In this document: positions 14,076 to 25,831 of the stretch, piece after piece | Layout: each line of letters starts with the position of its first letter | Position numbering within the stretch: the stretch's first letter is position 1 | Assembly (NCBI RefSeq): GCF_006345805.1 | Contig: NC_042998.1 | Location: 149,420,001-149,484,000, forward strand | Source of the DNA: Octopus sinensis | Taxonomy: Eukaryota | DNA length: 64,000 nucleotides | Reading direction: 5' to 3' | The notes under the pieces: model-generated | Told to the model about the DNA's origin: nothing | The model's input: the letters and a program-made list of their open reading frames with translations, nothing else | The model's database searches: none | Translations under genes and position numbers: made by a program

Positions 14076-15107
14076 TATATATAATATAAGGTAAGTAGAG
14101 TGACTTTATTTACTTACCACAGGATAGCATACCATGGATTATAATAACACCTTAAAATAAAGTCTTACCTTGTATTCAATTGCGATATTGCCATACAATA
14201 GTAAGCACTTGGTTATAATTACGTAAGTACACATCCAATAGTATATTGGATATTTAATAACCCTTAAATGGTTTCTTAACCTCAAACTCATACACATACA
14301 TACACACACACACACTCACATATATATATATATATATGTAATGTATGTATGTATATATCTAAATGCTGTTAAAAGTTAGATTGAATCTTGATTGCTTACA
14401 ATGTTACTCAGCCAAACTAGCGCATAATGGGAAAATGTTCCGAAAATAATCTTCATCCTGAAAAAGAGAAACTCTTATCTTATATTAGACACTGAGCTAA
14501 CAACGAAAAAATACCATTTTTTTTTACAGTAAATGTTTCTATTGTCGCTTTTGTTAAACACAATATTTTAATCATTTAGAAATATTTTTATGTGAATACG
14601 ATTTTAAAAATGTAAGTTGTTTGTACAGTACGTATTTATATCTTAGCTGTCTTCAAACAGACAATATTTTGATGTTATTTTTAAGATTACTTTTAAGTGA
14701 ATACTATTACAAAAATTTTTCTAGCAAATTTAAAAATATTCTGAAGAGAAAATAACTTTAGATATACAGTAAATATTTTGTAAAAGACCCGTTTGTAACC
14801 TGAGTGTGAAATATTTTTTTCCGTGGGTTTTTGTCGAATGAATGCAACGTATCTCACCTCAAAAGATCTGGCTGCTATTTCTTGCACACCCTGCTACCAC
14901 GTAACAGCTATTCGTGATAAAGAACACGAAATATCTTACATTGGTGGCAGGGCGTTTAAGAAATAACAGTCAAATCATTCCTTTCCTGGGGAAAGGAGCC
15001 CTTTAAACGTGTTTTCGTTGTCACATTCGTTGAAAGTATGTGAAATAACATGGAAAAGAAAAACACCCACGAAACAAAACTCCATTACTGGCAAACTCAG
15101 TTTCCCA

Positions 15108-15135
15108 GTGACCCAACGGGTCATGCGTAGTCTAG
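15108..15135 (+). mobile_element. Isolated Helitron-type 3' terminus
   Basis: tgaccc-aac-gggtca hairpin, 8-nt spacer, CTAG|T; 5' end not located. Confidence 0.45.
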
Positions 15136-15147
15136 TGTGTGTCTGTG

Positions 15148-15234
<87 letters not shown>

Positions 15235-15385
15235 TAGAGAGGGAAACCACTATGTAGACACCCTTATGCTAGAAATAGATCCGCTATGGTCTTACCACTA
15301 AGAAATGTTCTCAAGAAAAATTTAGCAAAACAACCAAAACATAATCGAGCAAGACAAAAGAAAAAGCAATAAAAATATGGATTAT

Positions 15386-15457
15386 TCGCATACATGTTTC
15401 ACTATTAACATATTATGTAATTTTACTTACATAAATGTCCGTAGATCATCGGTGCGA
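15386..15457 (-). ncRNA. Type I hammerhead motif, U4C core, long stem II
   Basis: tcgca-CCGAUGA-stem II (inner ttatgtaa/ttacataa, gacat/atgtt; U-U at base)-GAA-ACAUGU-A-tgcga. Confidence 0.6.
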
Positions 15458-15829
15458 CCGTCCAGATGAATATAATTTGCAGGACTGCATACTAGGACAC
15501 CCGCACAAAGTCAGACTTGCAAAGAGTTCAACCTATTACTCTCGTGGTTACTATTTTAAAAGTCCTCGTTTTGGCGCGATAAATTACCGGAAAAACTGAT
15601 GCTGCAGATAATACTTTACTGCAGTGGGCTTTACCGGTTAGAGAACGTATTGATTCAAATTTAAATTTAAAATGAGGGTGAGAAATTAGATATTAATTTA
15701 ATTAACATCGATTTTACACCAGTGGTCTAGCATATAAAAAAAACTGAAGGTTCAGTAAAATTGTATTATATACATATTCGAGGGAAACCACTATGTGGAC
15801 AGTCCTGAAAATTATATTCATCTGGACGG

Positions 15830-15901
15830 TTGCACCGATGATCTACGGACATTTATGTAAGTAAAATTACGTAATGTATTAATAGTGAAATATGTATGCG
15901 A
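15830..15901 (+). ncRNA. Type I hammerhead motif, U4C core (inverted partner copy)
   Basis: ttgca-CCGATGA...GAAA-tatgt-A-tgcga; C15.2 mutated to T. Confidence 0.5.
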
Positions 15902-16177
15902 ATAATCCATATTTTTATTGGTTTTTCTTTTGTCTTGCTCGATTACGTTTTGGCTGTTTTGCTAAATTTTTCTTGAGAACATTTCTTAGTGGTAAGACCA
16001 TAGCGGATCTATTTCTAGCATAAGGGTGTCCACATAGTGGTTTCCCTCTGATATGTATATAATACAATTTTACTGAACCTTCAGTGTTTTTATATGATAG
16101 ACCACTGGTGTGAAATCGATGTTAATTAAATTAATATCAATTTCTCACCCTCATTTTAAATTTACATACAACATATG

Positions 16178-16218
<41 letters not shown>

Positions 16219-16500
16219 TATTATATATATATAATATATATATATATACACAGACAGTTAAAGGTGAGCGAACACATAGAAAGGGTGTGCCAGGAATCTT
16301 AATCCTAATTTCCCAATATTTCCCTTTTACCAATGTTCACAGAACACCACAATGCAACAAAGGTTGAATAAAGAGGCATTTTTCATCAATAAATATCTCC
16401 CCCAACTAAATATGAACACACAACTCAATACAGAACACTACTAACCCTTGAATTTAAACCACCAACCCCTATACACTCCGTACATCATTCACATCTCTAA

Positions 16501-16560
16501 ATCCAGAACTACTTACCTCCCTTGCAAATAATCCAGAACTACTTACCTCCCTTACAAATA
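16501..16560. repeat. 30-bp tandem duplication
   Basis: atccagaactacttacctccctt(g/a)caaata twice, one mismatch. Confidence 0.95.
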
Positions 16561-16878
16561 ATATTTTTTCTCGGGAACTATTAGACCTGACACCGTGTAT
16601 TAGCCGGTGTTTTCAAAGCGATGAATAGGTTTGCGGAAACCATTGTACGCTTTGTTTTCTGACTTTATTATCATCTTATAATCATCTCATAATAATGACT
16701 TTTATGACTTTTATTACTACCTCAGTCAATCTTTGTCGTTACCTGTCATAAAAAGCCTTTTTTTTTATTTACAATGTGCATTTTCGTTGAATTTTCATAT
16801 TTTACCCTTACATTTCCACTTGCTGTATTTTATATTTTTATTTTTTATTTATATTTTCTTTTCGTAACATATTTCTAC

Positions 16879-16922
<44 letters not shown>

Positions 16923-17047
16923 ATATATATATATATACATACACCATCCATATATGTATATGCATACATATGTATATATGAATACGTATACATGTACATA
17001 TATGTGTGCATGTTTGTGTGTGGGGGGGGTTGAGGGTGTGGTTGTGA

Positions 17048-17340
17048 AGGCGCATGGCCTAGTGGCTAGCGTATTCGGTTCTCGAGTTCGATTCCTGGCA
17101 ACGTGTTGTGTCCTTGAGTAAGACACTTTATTTTACGTTGCTCCATTCTACTCAGCTGGCAAAAAGGAGTAGTAGCTGTTTTTCAAGGGACCAGCCATGT
17201 CGCACTCTGTGTCACGCTGAAGCTACCTGAGAAGTATGTGAAGGGGTTCGCGTCTCCATGGAGCGCTCAACCACTTGCACGTTAATCTCACGAGCAAGTT
17301 ATTCAGTTGATCGGATCAACTGGAATCCTTTTCGTCGTAA
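17048..17340 (+). mobile_element. tRNA-derived SINE, family B
   Basis: aggcgcatggcctagtggctagcgtattcgg...gttcgattcc head with A/B-box-like motifs; shared core. Confidence 0.85.
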
Positions 17341-17356
17341 TATATATATATATATC

Positions 17357-17407
<51 letters not shown>

Positions 17408-17794
17408 GTGTGTGTGGTGTGTGTATATATATATATATATATATATTTCAACAATGAAGGTAAAATTAATTAATTATTAATCAATTTCACCAAGTATTCA
17501 GTATGCAAAGGACCATTTAAGGCGAATTCAAATTATTACATTATATAAACGTACGTTCTCAAATAACCTTTGCATTTGATTTTTTAATGTCTTTACCCCC
17601 ATACTTTCGTGAGTTGAATTGAGCAAACACTACATGAGAGAGATTTTCTTTAAGTATTAGAAATAGTTTTAAAAAAGTTTTTTTAGCTACTATTCTAATG
17701 AGTTCAGTATGTGGCAAAGTAATTTTATTTACTAAGCCCTTTTATATAATGTAATAATTTATATATATATATAATATATATATATATAATATAT

Positions 17795-17895
17795 ATACTT
17801 TATTGAAAAGCAGCAAAAATATTACAAAACTGTTACTCTCAGAGTTTTACGTTCCCGTTCGTCGGACAATCTAAACAAAACTGTCCGACGAACAT
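17795..17895 (-). ncRNA. Hammerhead motif (17830-17869), U4C core, with partial inverted duplicate
   Basis: ttgt-CCGACGA-ACG GGAA CGT-(A)AAA-ctctgagagt-A-acag; 12-bp IR gttcgtcggaca/tgtccgacgaac; homologous copy at 44130-44240. Confidence 0.55.
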
Positions 17896-18004
17896 GCATT
17901 GTATTATCTTTTGCTGTACTGGAATTTGAAATTTCACAAACAGTTAAATTGGGTGTCTTGCATCCGATCATCGCACGTTAGTGAAAAACAGAGCACAGGG
18001 GACA

Positions 18005-18420
18005 CGATAAAGAGATATTTAAAAGTCAAGTCGAAATTTTATTGGTTTAAATTGACTCATAAAAAATATATTTATGTAAACATGGGGGAAGTTATGGCGG
18101 AGAGGATGAAAAGGGCAGGGAGAAGATAGGGTAAAATAACTGGCCTTTTATCGGGGACTAAAAGAAGAGCAAAAGGGGAGAGAGAATGTGCAGGGAAATA
18201 TTTTTCCTTCCATTTCTTTCTTTCCTCTTCATCCTTTTTCACAATCTCCTATTCCTAACACTCTTTCTTCTTTCGGTCTTTTTAAAATATTTTTTATTGA
18301 TATATTTAATAAAAATACTAGTTTTTGTAATGGGGAGATATTTATACATAAAAATGTTTTGTGAGCCAATTCGATCCAATAAAAATACCCTTTGACTTTT
18401 AAATATACCTTTCGTTTGCT
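18005..18420. repeat. Degenerate ~75-bp inverted repeat
   Basis: gatatttaaaagtcaa...ttttattgg...attgactcataaaaa (~18005-18080) versus reverse complement of ~18340-18420. Confidence 0.6.
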
Positions 18421-18449
18421 TTTCAATGCTTTATATTTTCTAAATCTTT

Positions 18450-18721
18450 TTGTTGTTGTTGTTGTTGTTATGGTTATTATTACTATTATATTATTATTAT
18501 TATTATTATTATTATATTTTATTATTATTATTATTATTATATTATTTTTTATATTATTATTATTTTATTATCATTATTATTATTGTAGTTGCATAACGAT
18601 AATTATTATTACTGTTATTATTAGCATAAATATTACTACTACTACTACTACTACTAATAATATAATAATAGTAATAATAATAATAATAATTATAATAATG
18701 ATAATAATAACAACAACAACA

Positions 18722-18797
<76 letters not shown>

Positions 18798-18830
18798 CAA
18801 TAACAATAATAACAATAATAATAATAATAC
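18450..18830. repeat. (TTA)n switching to (TAA)n microsatellite
   Basis: Direct reading. Confidence 0.95.
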
Positions 18831-19558
18831 GTTTGCTTTTATGTAGTTATAAATAAAGAAGCTGTCCATTAAATTGATGGATTATTCAATGCCTTTTCTC
18901 TCTCGATTTTTTTTAGGGTACCATATTTATCAATTTTTACAAGTAACAGAGTGACAGCGATTTCGAAGTTTTGGCATCTATTTTGCATCAGGTTATGGTT
19001 TACTTTCGCTTTCAAGCCTAATTTATAGCAGCTAGATGGATGAAGGTAGAACTAGGTATATTGTAATTAAGTGTTGTATAATGTAAGCTTGTTAGTAGGA
19101 AAGAGAATTGATGGGACACTCGATCGTTAAATCTTCTAGTTAATTTCTCACCAGAGGGCGTTTCGTGGCCTCACCAGGGTACTTCTTTTCACGTTGGATT
19201 GTTTTAGTCCAAAATGAGAACCACTGGTAGCTAGATGATGAAAATTTGAAACGGAATAAGTTTTCATTCACGAGGGCCAGGTTGTCTTGTAGGCTCAAAC
19301 ATCTGTAAGAGAACTGAACAGGCACTCAGCTTCTACTCATATTCAGCTTAGCAAACAGAAGCAGGGTAAAATAAAGTCTCTTACACAAGGCCACATCAAC
19401 ACGTCACTCGGTCCAGGAATCAAATCCGTAACCTTACGTCTGTGAGCCCAACACCAGCATATACTTATGTGCATATACTTATATATGTATATATATATAT
19501 GTATAAAAGTATACCCGTTTACACACACACACACCACAGAATTGATAGATATATTGTT

Positions 19559-19601
<43 letters not shown>

Positions 19602-19730
19602 ATAAATATATTAAAGAATGGAGTTGAACACGAAACGTAACTTCAAACGTGTCTTCCCTGATGTGAATTTGCTACCAGGTATCGGTTAACCGAATTATCC
19701 ATAAAAGATAATTCATTCAACTACTCAATA

Positions 19731-19771
<41 letters not shown>

Positions 19772-19799
19772 TTATATATATATATATATATATATATTA

Positions 19800-19844
<45 letters not shown>

Positions 19845-19846
<2 letters not shown>

Positions 19847-20500
19847 AATAGAAATATAAATTACTAAGTCTCTCTAAAAGAGAACAACGGCAGCGTTCCC
19901 GGAAAATTTAGTTTTCGCCATACTAATATGGCTTCTTATAAAAATAAGAATAAAGCTGACCGCTTATTAGCTCCATGAGGCCATCGCCTTAAGTTAGCTA
20001 TTTGATACACAAACTGTTCAAGGTTATATGGATACAGTTTGTGTATCAATAGCTAACTAAGGCGATGGCCGCATGGAGCTAATAAGCGGTCAGCTTTATC
20101 TCTTATTTTTATAAGAATGCCATATTAGTATGGCGATAACTAATATTTTCCGGGACGCTGCCGTTGTTCTCTTTTAGAGAGACTTATAATTTTAATATTT
20201 CTATTTATTGAAACAAGTGGATGTATTCCACCGAAGCTAGGTAAATAAAACCTTTGAACAGAGATTGTTGGAAGCGACACCTCACTGGTTGGCTACGCTG
20301 CATTGAAAAGGGGCAATACCCCGAAACGCGTCTGTCTCTGCCGGCCAAGTAGTGTGGAGCGACTGACCTCCCTTGTTCAAAGGTTATATGGATACAGTTT
20401 GTGTATCAATAGCTAACTTAAGGCGATGGCCAATGGAGCTAATAAGCGGTCAGCTTTATTCTATTTTTATAAGAATGCCATATTAGTATGGCGATACTAA
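19845..20500 (+). mobile_element. Fold-back plus direct-repeat element carrying an HHR, inserted in (TA)n
   Basis: IR arms 19845-20017 and 20034-20207 with 16-nt spacer; ~20015-20140 repeated directly at ~20374-20495; (TA)n on both sides. Confidence 0.9.
20289..20348 (+). ncRNA. Type I hammerhead with compensatory U3-A8 core
   Basis: gca-UUGAAAA-GGGG caaua CCCC-GAA-ACGCGU-C-ugu; distal stem I ttggct/ggccaa across an internal loop; GUC cleavage triplet. Confidence 0.75.
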
Positions 20501-20543
20501 TATATAATATATATATATATTATATATATATATATCTATATAT

Positions 20544-20579
<36 letters not shown>

Positions 20580-21241
20580 TATATATATACATATATGTAT
20601 GCATGCACATACGCATATGCAAGCATACATGTATGTATACACACAGTGACACACACACACGTACACACACACACACATACACGTACATACCAATGAACAC
20701 AGAAATCTAACCATTATTTTATGCTTCAAATAGTGTACACGTGTTTCAAGAAGCCGACAACCTGTATTACGTAAGCTGGTTGGTCGTATTATGCAACATT
20801 AGAGCATCAGAAACATTCATTACGCTATTTGTTACGACTTTACGCCCTGAGTTCAGATACTGCCTATGTAAACTTTGTCTTTCATTCTTTCACGGGAGAC
20901 GTAGTACAGTACCAGTCAAGTACATAGAACGATGATCTGGCATTATCACATCCGCACAAAAACTACTGGCTTTGTGCCTAAATTAGATATGATTATAGCT
21001 ATTATTATTCCATGTTAGTATATTAGTCTCAACCTAACGCCAAGTTACATATTGAATTCTCCTTCTGCGAATTAAGAGTAATTTTCTATATGGCTGTAAG
21101 GTGTTATTCTTTTCAGTTCTGTGTCTAAAGTTAAACGTATTTTGACAACATAAAATGGTAGGGAACTATGTGGCTTTTGTCAAAACACACCACTGGCATT
21201 CAGATATAGTGCGCTCTTGAGATTCTCTCTCTCCCTCTCCC

Positions 21242-21275
<34 letters not shown>

Positions 21276-21461
21276 GTGTGCGTGTGAGTAAGTAAAGAGT
21301 GACAGACGCACAGGGAGAGAGAGAGAGAGAGGGGGGAGAAGTAGACAAATAGAATAGGTTAGCAAACTTAGAGAATAATATGAGACTGCGAAACTGTGCA
21401 GTTTATATTTTATAGACATACATACACATCTACATATGTAAGTAATAGGTATATATATACG

Positions 21462-21501
<40 letters not shown>

Positions 21502-21536
21502 GCATTATATATTATATACCTGTATATAAGTGTATA

Positions 21537-22463
21537 TACGAGGAGGTACACAAGAATAACCGGAATCATTTTCTGTGGATCAATCCTGTTGTAGTTCAGA
21601 CTTCCGCTGCTAGAAGCCACTTGATGCTATCCTCAGGCATCAGCATGCCGATCGACGTCGTCAAGTACAGTCGCACGACCACGTGGGGCGTCTTCGTTTT
21701 GCAGTCTTCTCCCATGTCCCAAGTCCTTCGAAAACAAAAGTCCAGATCTACTTCCAGCTGTTCTTTTAGTTCATGACACTCATTCAGTCAAGAATGCTTT
21801 TGATCTTCCGGCAGCAAGCGATGGCTGAAATGAATGGACAGCGTGCTTCCATGAAATTCTGTTTTCTGCTGGGGAAAACGGTGGCCGAAACAGTTGTTAT
21901 GCTTCAAACAGTTTAGAAGGACGCAGTCATGAGCAAAACACAAGTTTACGAGTGGTTTTTCACGCTTTAGGAATGTCCACTTGTCACTTGAAGACAAACC
22001 TCGTTCATGGTGACAGGCGGCCTTCCGACCGAATGAAAACATCATGAAAATTACCGAACAACTGACGAACTTTTGATATGACTAGTGTGTACTGGAACTC
22101 CTGCCAACGAATGTGTGCCTCGCTTGCTCTTGGAAGATCATAAGTATTAACGACAGAATGAGTGTCATGGATTGAACGAACAGCTGGAAGTCGATACGGA
22201 CATTTTTTGAAGGACATTACTGGTGACGAAATCTCTTGCTACAGAATTTGCAGTTGTGGTAGAGGTGAAGAGAAAAACCGATGGAGACGTTAAAAGCATC
22301 ACTTCGCAGGAATTCCAGCACTGCTTCGAACAATGGAAAACGCATCTAGATCGATGCATTGATTCAAATGGAGAATACTTTGAAGGTGATAAAAGTGCAA
22401 ACATGTAAAACTAAGTGAATAAAATATTGCAAGATCTGGTATTCTTTCAGGTATCTCCTCGTA
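21537..22463 (+). mobile_element. Internally deleted mariner transposon with TA target duplication
   Basis: TA|cgaggaggtacac...gtatctcctcg|TA TIRs; N-terminus MAEMNGQRASMKFCFLLGKTVAET...KTQVYEWF from 21821; C-terminus FQHCFEQWKTHLDRCIDSNGEYFEGD; catalytic core missing. Confidence 0.9.
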
Positions 22464-22801
22464 CATGTACGTACATATACACATACATATATGTGTGTAT
22501 ATATATATTTGTGCGTGCGCGCCATGTTTGATAAACAAACATGAAGTTACATAGAACAATGTTACCAAACATGATTAATATTCACTCTGAGAGCACATTT
22601 CTAAAGGCCGTCGGTGCTATACCTTTATATCTGTTCAACTAACGAGAAGGAATAACAAACAGATCGAACAAACATATGAAATACATGAGAGAAGCTGCCT
22701 TGCGATATACATCCATACATACATACATACATACATACATACATACATACATACATACATACATACACACACATACATACATACATTCATACATACATAC
22801 A

Positions 22802-22833
<32 letters not shown>

Positions 22834-22883
22834 CATACATACATACATCATACATACATATACATACATACATACATACACAC

Positions 22884-22974
<91 letters not shown>

Positions 22975-22984
22975 ATATACATGA

Positions 22985-23145
22985 GTGTGTATGAGCGTGT
23001 TGGCGATTTCTTCTCTTGCTTTGGACTTTTCCCTTTCTCCTTTCCGAAGAAGAGCTATGCTCGAAACGCTCTCCTTTCACCGAGCGTGAAGCTAATACAC
23101 ATCTTGTGCTCGTCCTCACGTTCGTTTCTTCTTTTCATTTTTTCG
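22985..23145 (+). ncRNA. Short HHR-bearing element (core 23044-23071), decayed, U4C
   Basis: CCGAAGA-A-GAGC tat GCTC-GAAAC; flanks (ttggcgattt, gagcgt, cttgt..cgtcctc.cgtt) shared with 54830-55050; stem I does not pair. Confidence 0.5.
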
Positions 23146-23239
23146 TTTTTTATTCACAAGGCTTTGGTAGGCTCGAATCTATTGTAGAACACACATGCCG
23201 ATGGTACAACGCAGCCGGACTGAACCTACATACATACTC

Positions 23240-23445
23240 AGCTGTAGAAATGAGTTGCGACGTCACTGGTGCCAAGCTGTATCGACCTTTGTCTTTCCCT
23301 TGGATAACACTGGTGGCGTGGAGAGGGGAGGCCGGTATGCATGGGCGACTGCTGGTCTTCCATAAACAACCTTGCCCGGACTTGTGTCTAGGAGGGTAAC
23401 TTTCTAGGTGCAATCCCATGGTCATTCATGACCGAAGGGGGTAAA
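23240..23445 (+). mobile_element. SINE 3' portion (variant tail on the family B-like core)
   Basis: actcagctgtagaaatgagt core followed by a GC-rich tail ending gaccgaagggggt before (TA)n. Confidence 0.55.
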
Positions 23446-23467
23446 AATATATATATATAATATATAT

Positions 23468-23512
<45 letters not shown>

Positions 23513-23652
23513 CTGTTGAGAGTAGATATCAGACCTTGATCTTAGCCATATATATATATAGGGAGAGTTTACGAAAAAAAAAAAAAAGACGAACACAGGT
23601 GGTGTACAAAGCAAACAGATGTATTAGTATAACGCTCAGGAATAGAAAAAGG

Positions 23653-23688
23653 CTTTTACGTTTCGAGCCTACGTTCTTCTACAGAAAG
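23653..23688 (-). ncRNA. Minimal hammerhead motif in the PLE terminal repeat, A6U core
   Basis: cttt-CUGUAGA-A-gaac guag gcuc-GAA-ACGU-A-aaag; one mismatch in stem II. Confidence 0.6.
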
Positions 23689-24531
23689 GGACACAGAAAA
23701 AACAAGGAGAGAAAAAAATGTGTGTTGTGGCAAACGATCTATCATGACGACTAGTGCCGGACAGAAGGGTCAAACACGAGGAGGAAAGTAGAGGAGATAA
23801 CAAGGTAAAGATGACCCCCAACACAAAGGTGCGTGTGTGTATAAGAGAGTATGTATGTGCGTGTGAAAGAGGGCTGGTGGTCTGGACGTGTGCGTGTATG
23901 TATGTGTAGGTGGGAAAATATGGGGATGGGTGTGTGGGTGGTGTGTTGTGATGTAATGTGTAATGTTGTACGGTGTAGTGTGGTGTGACGTTGTTGGGAG
24001 GTGGGGGAGGCGAGAGTGGGGAAAGCACGGGTGGGGTGTGGGTTCGTCTGGGGGCTGGGGTAGAGTTGGGGTCTGTGGGTAGGCAGACGGTAGGGGTAGA
24101 GGTGGAGTATGTGGGGGAGGGATGTGGGATAGGATGGGGGAATGGGAAGGATAGGGAAGGTGGAGTAGAGATGTGTAGGGGTGTGTGAGTTTATGGGGGA
24201 GTGGAAGGTGGGTATGTGAGGAGATAGAGGAGGAGAGAAGAGAGAAAGAGAGTAAGAGAGAAGAGGGAAAGAGAGTAGGGAGTGAAGAGAAGTAGCAGTG
24301 AAGAGAAGTGGGAGTGAAGAGAAGTAGAAGTTGGGGTAAGAGAGGAGAGTTGGGTGGGAAGAAGGAGGAGGGAGGGGGGGGAGAGGAGAGAAGGAGAGTG
24401 AAGAAGCAGAGAGAAAGAGAGAAGAGAGTAAGAGAGAAGAGAGTAAGAGAGAAGAGAGTAAGAGAGAAGAGGGAAAGAGAGTAGGAGTGAAAAGATATAG
24501 GAGTGAAGAGAAGTAAGAATCGGGGAGGAGG

Positions 24532-25717
24532 TTAGATGAGAAGGGGAGGAGATTTGAGCCCAAATGGCGTAAAAGAGCGAAGAGAGAAGATTAATACCTG
24601 TTCACGGCGCAAACGGAAGTCCGGATGACCTCTGTGCAAGGACAGTCCGAACAAAGACAGGTGTTGCAAGGAGTGACCGGTGGAGCGGAAATGGCGTGAG
24701 ACTGAGGTGTCATTGCCGAGGCGGATGTCTCGGATGTGTTCCGCGAACCGGTCAGCCAAGCAGCGTCCCGTTTGTCCGATGTACAGGGAATGGCAGAGAG
24801 AGCAGGAGATGCAATATATGATATTGCTGGAGGTGCAGGTGAAGGAGTCGATGATGCGATAGGGTCGATGATGGGTGTCAGTGAGGAGGGTGGTGTTGGA
24901 GAGGTAAGGGCAAGTGCGGCAGCGTGTGCGGGAGCAAGGAAACGAGCCAGGTTGGAAGGTAGGGTTGGGAAAGAAGCTGTGGACCAAGAGGTCTCGTAGG
25001 TTGTGGGCTCGTTTGAAGGAGGGGAGAGGTCGGTTAGGAGAGATGTGTAAAGTGGACGGGTCGGACTGGAGATGCCGGAAAGCTCGGATAATGGTGCGTT
25101 GGAGAGGTAGGATTGTGGGGTGGTAGGTGAGGGGAAAAGGGAGGCGGGAGACTGCAGGGCGGGTTCTGGGGAGAGAGCAGTTGCACGGTTCACGGAGCGT
25201 GCTCTGGCAAGGGCGGTGTGGATAGTGGTGAGGGGATATCCACGTAGGATGAAGTGGCTAGCCATGAGTTGAGACTGAGTCTCAAAGTCATGGTCGTCAC
25301 TACAGAGCCTGCGTAGACGAAGGAATTGGGAATAGGGGATGGAAAGCTTGGTGTGTTTGGGGTGGAAGGAGGAGAAGTTTAGGTATGAGTGTAAGTCTGT
25401 GTGTTTGTAGTGGATGGAGGTGGTAAGAGTGGAGTGATGAATGCTGACCGAAATGTCAAGAAAGGAGATAGAGGTGTCAGAGATAGTGCAGGAGAAGTGG
25501 AGGGCAGGATGGAAAAATTTGACGAAAGAGAAGAAGGAGTCTAGATGTTCGCGGGAGAGTGAGGTGGCACCGATACAGTCGTCAATATAACGGCCATATA
25601 GTTCGAGAGTGGGACCAGTGAAACTAGAGAATATTTGGGCCTCAATATAGCCAACGAACAGGTTTGCATAGTTGCATAGATATTTGCTGGGAGAACTCAC
25701 CCGCGAACGAGAAGCAT
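24532..25717 (-). pseudogene. PLE RT + GIY-YIG endonuclease, frameshifted near 25150
   Basis: FSFAGEFSQQIS..NYANLFVGYIE..YGRYIDDCIG..FLDI..YKHTDLHSYL; then PCSRTRCRTCPYL..FTCTSSNIIYCISCSLCHSLYIGQTGRCLADRFAEHIRDI..RLRREQVLIFSL. Confidence 0.92.
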
Positions 25718-25738
25718 ATATATATATATGTGTGTGTG

Positions 25739-25789
<51 letters not shown>

Positions 25790-25831
25790 ATGTATGTATG
25801 TATGTATGTATGTGTGTGTGTGTATATAATA

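Larger units (their letters stand above)
15232..16165. mobile_element. Fold-back element A-X-B-rc(A)-rc(B) with an HHR motif in each A arm
   Basis: ~15235-15487 is the reverse complement of ~15800-16050; ~15660-15800 is the reverse complement of ~16030-16165; flanked by simple repeats. Confidence 0.85.
23561..25717 (-). mobile_element. 5'-truncated Penelope-like retroelement (Neptune-like linker)
   Basis: RT remnant, GIY-YIG, ~800-nt C/U-rich 3' UTR and a terminal HHR-bearing repeat; both ends abut (TA)n. Confidence 0.92.

Noticed and set aside
17048-17110. tRNA genes at SINE heads
   Set aside because: A/B-box-like motifs continue into SINE bodies and no complete cloverleaf can be drawn.
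23751-24563. 270-aa S/L/P-rich minus-strand ORF
   Set aside because: Low-complexity PLE 3' UTR; no domain.
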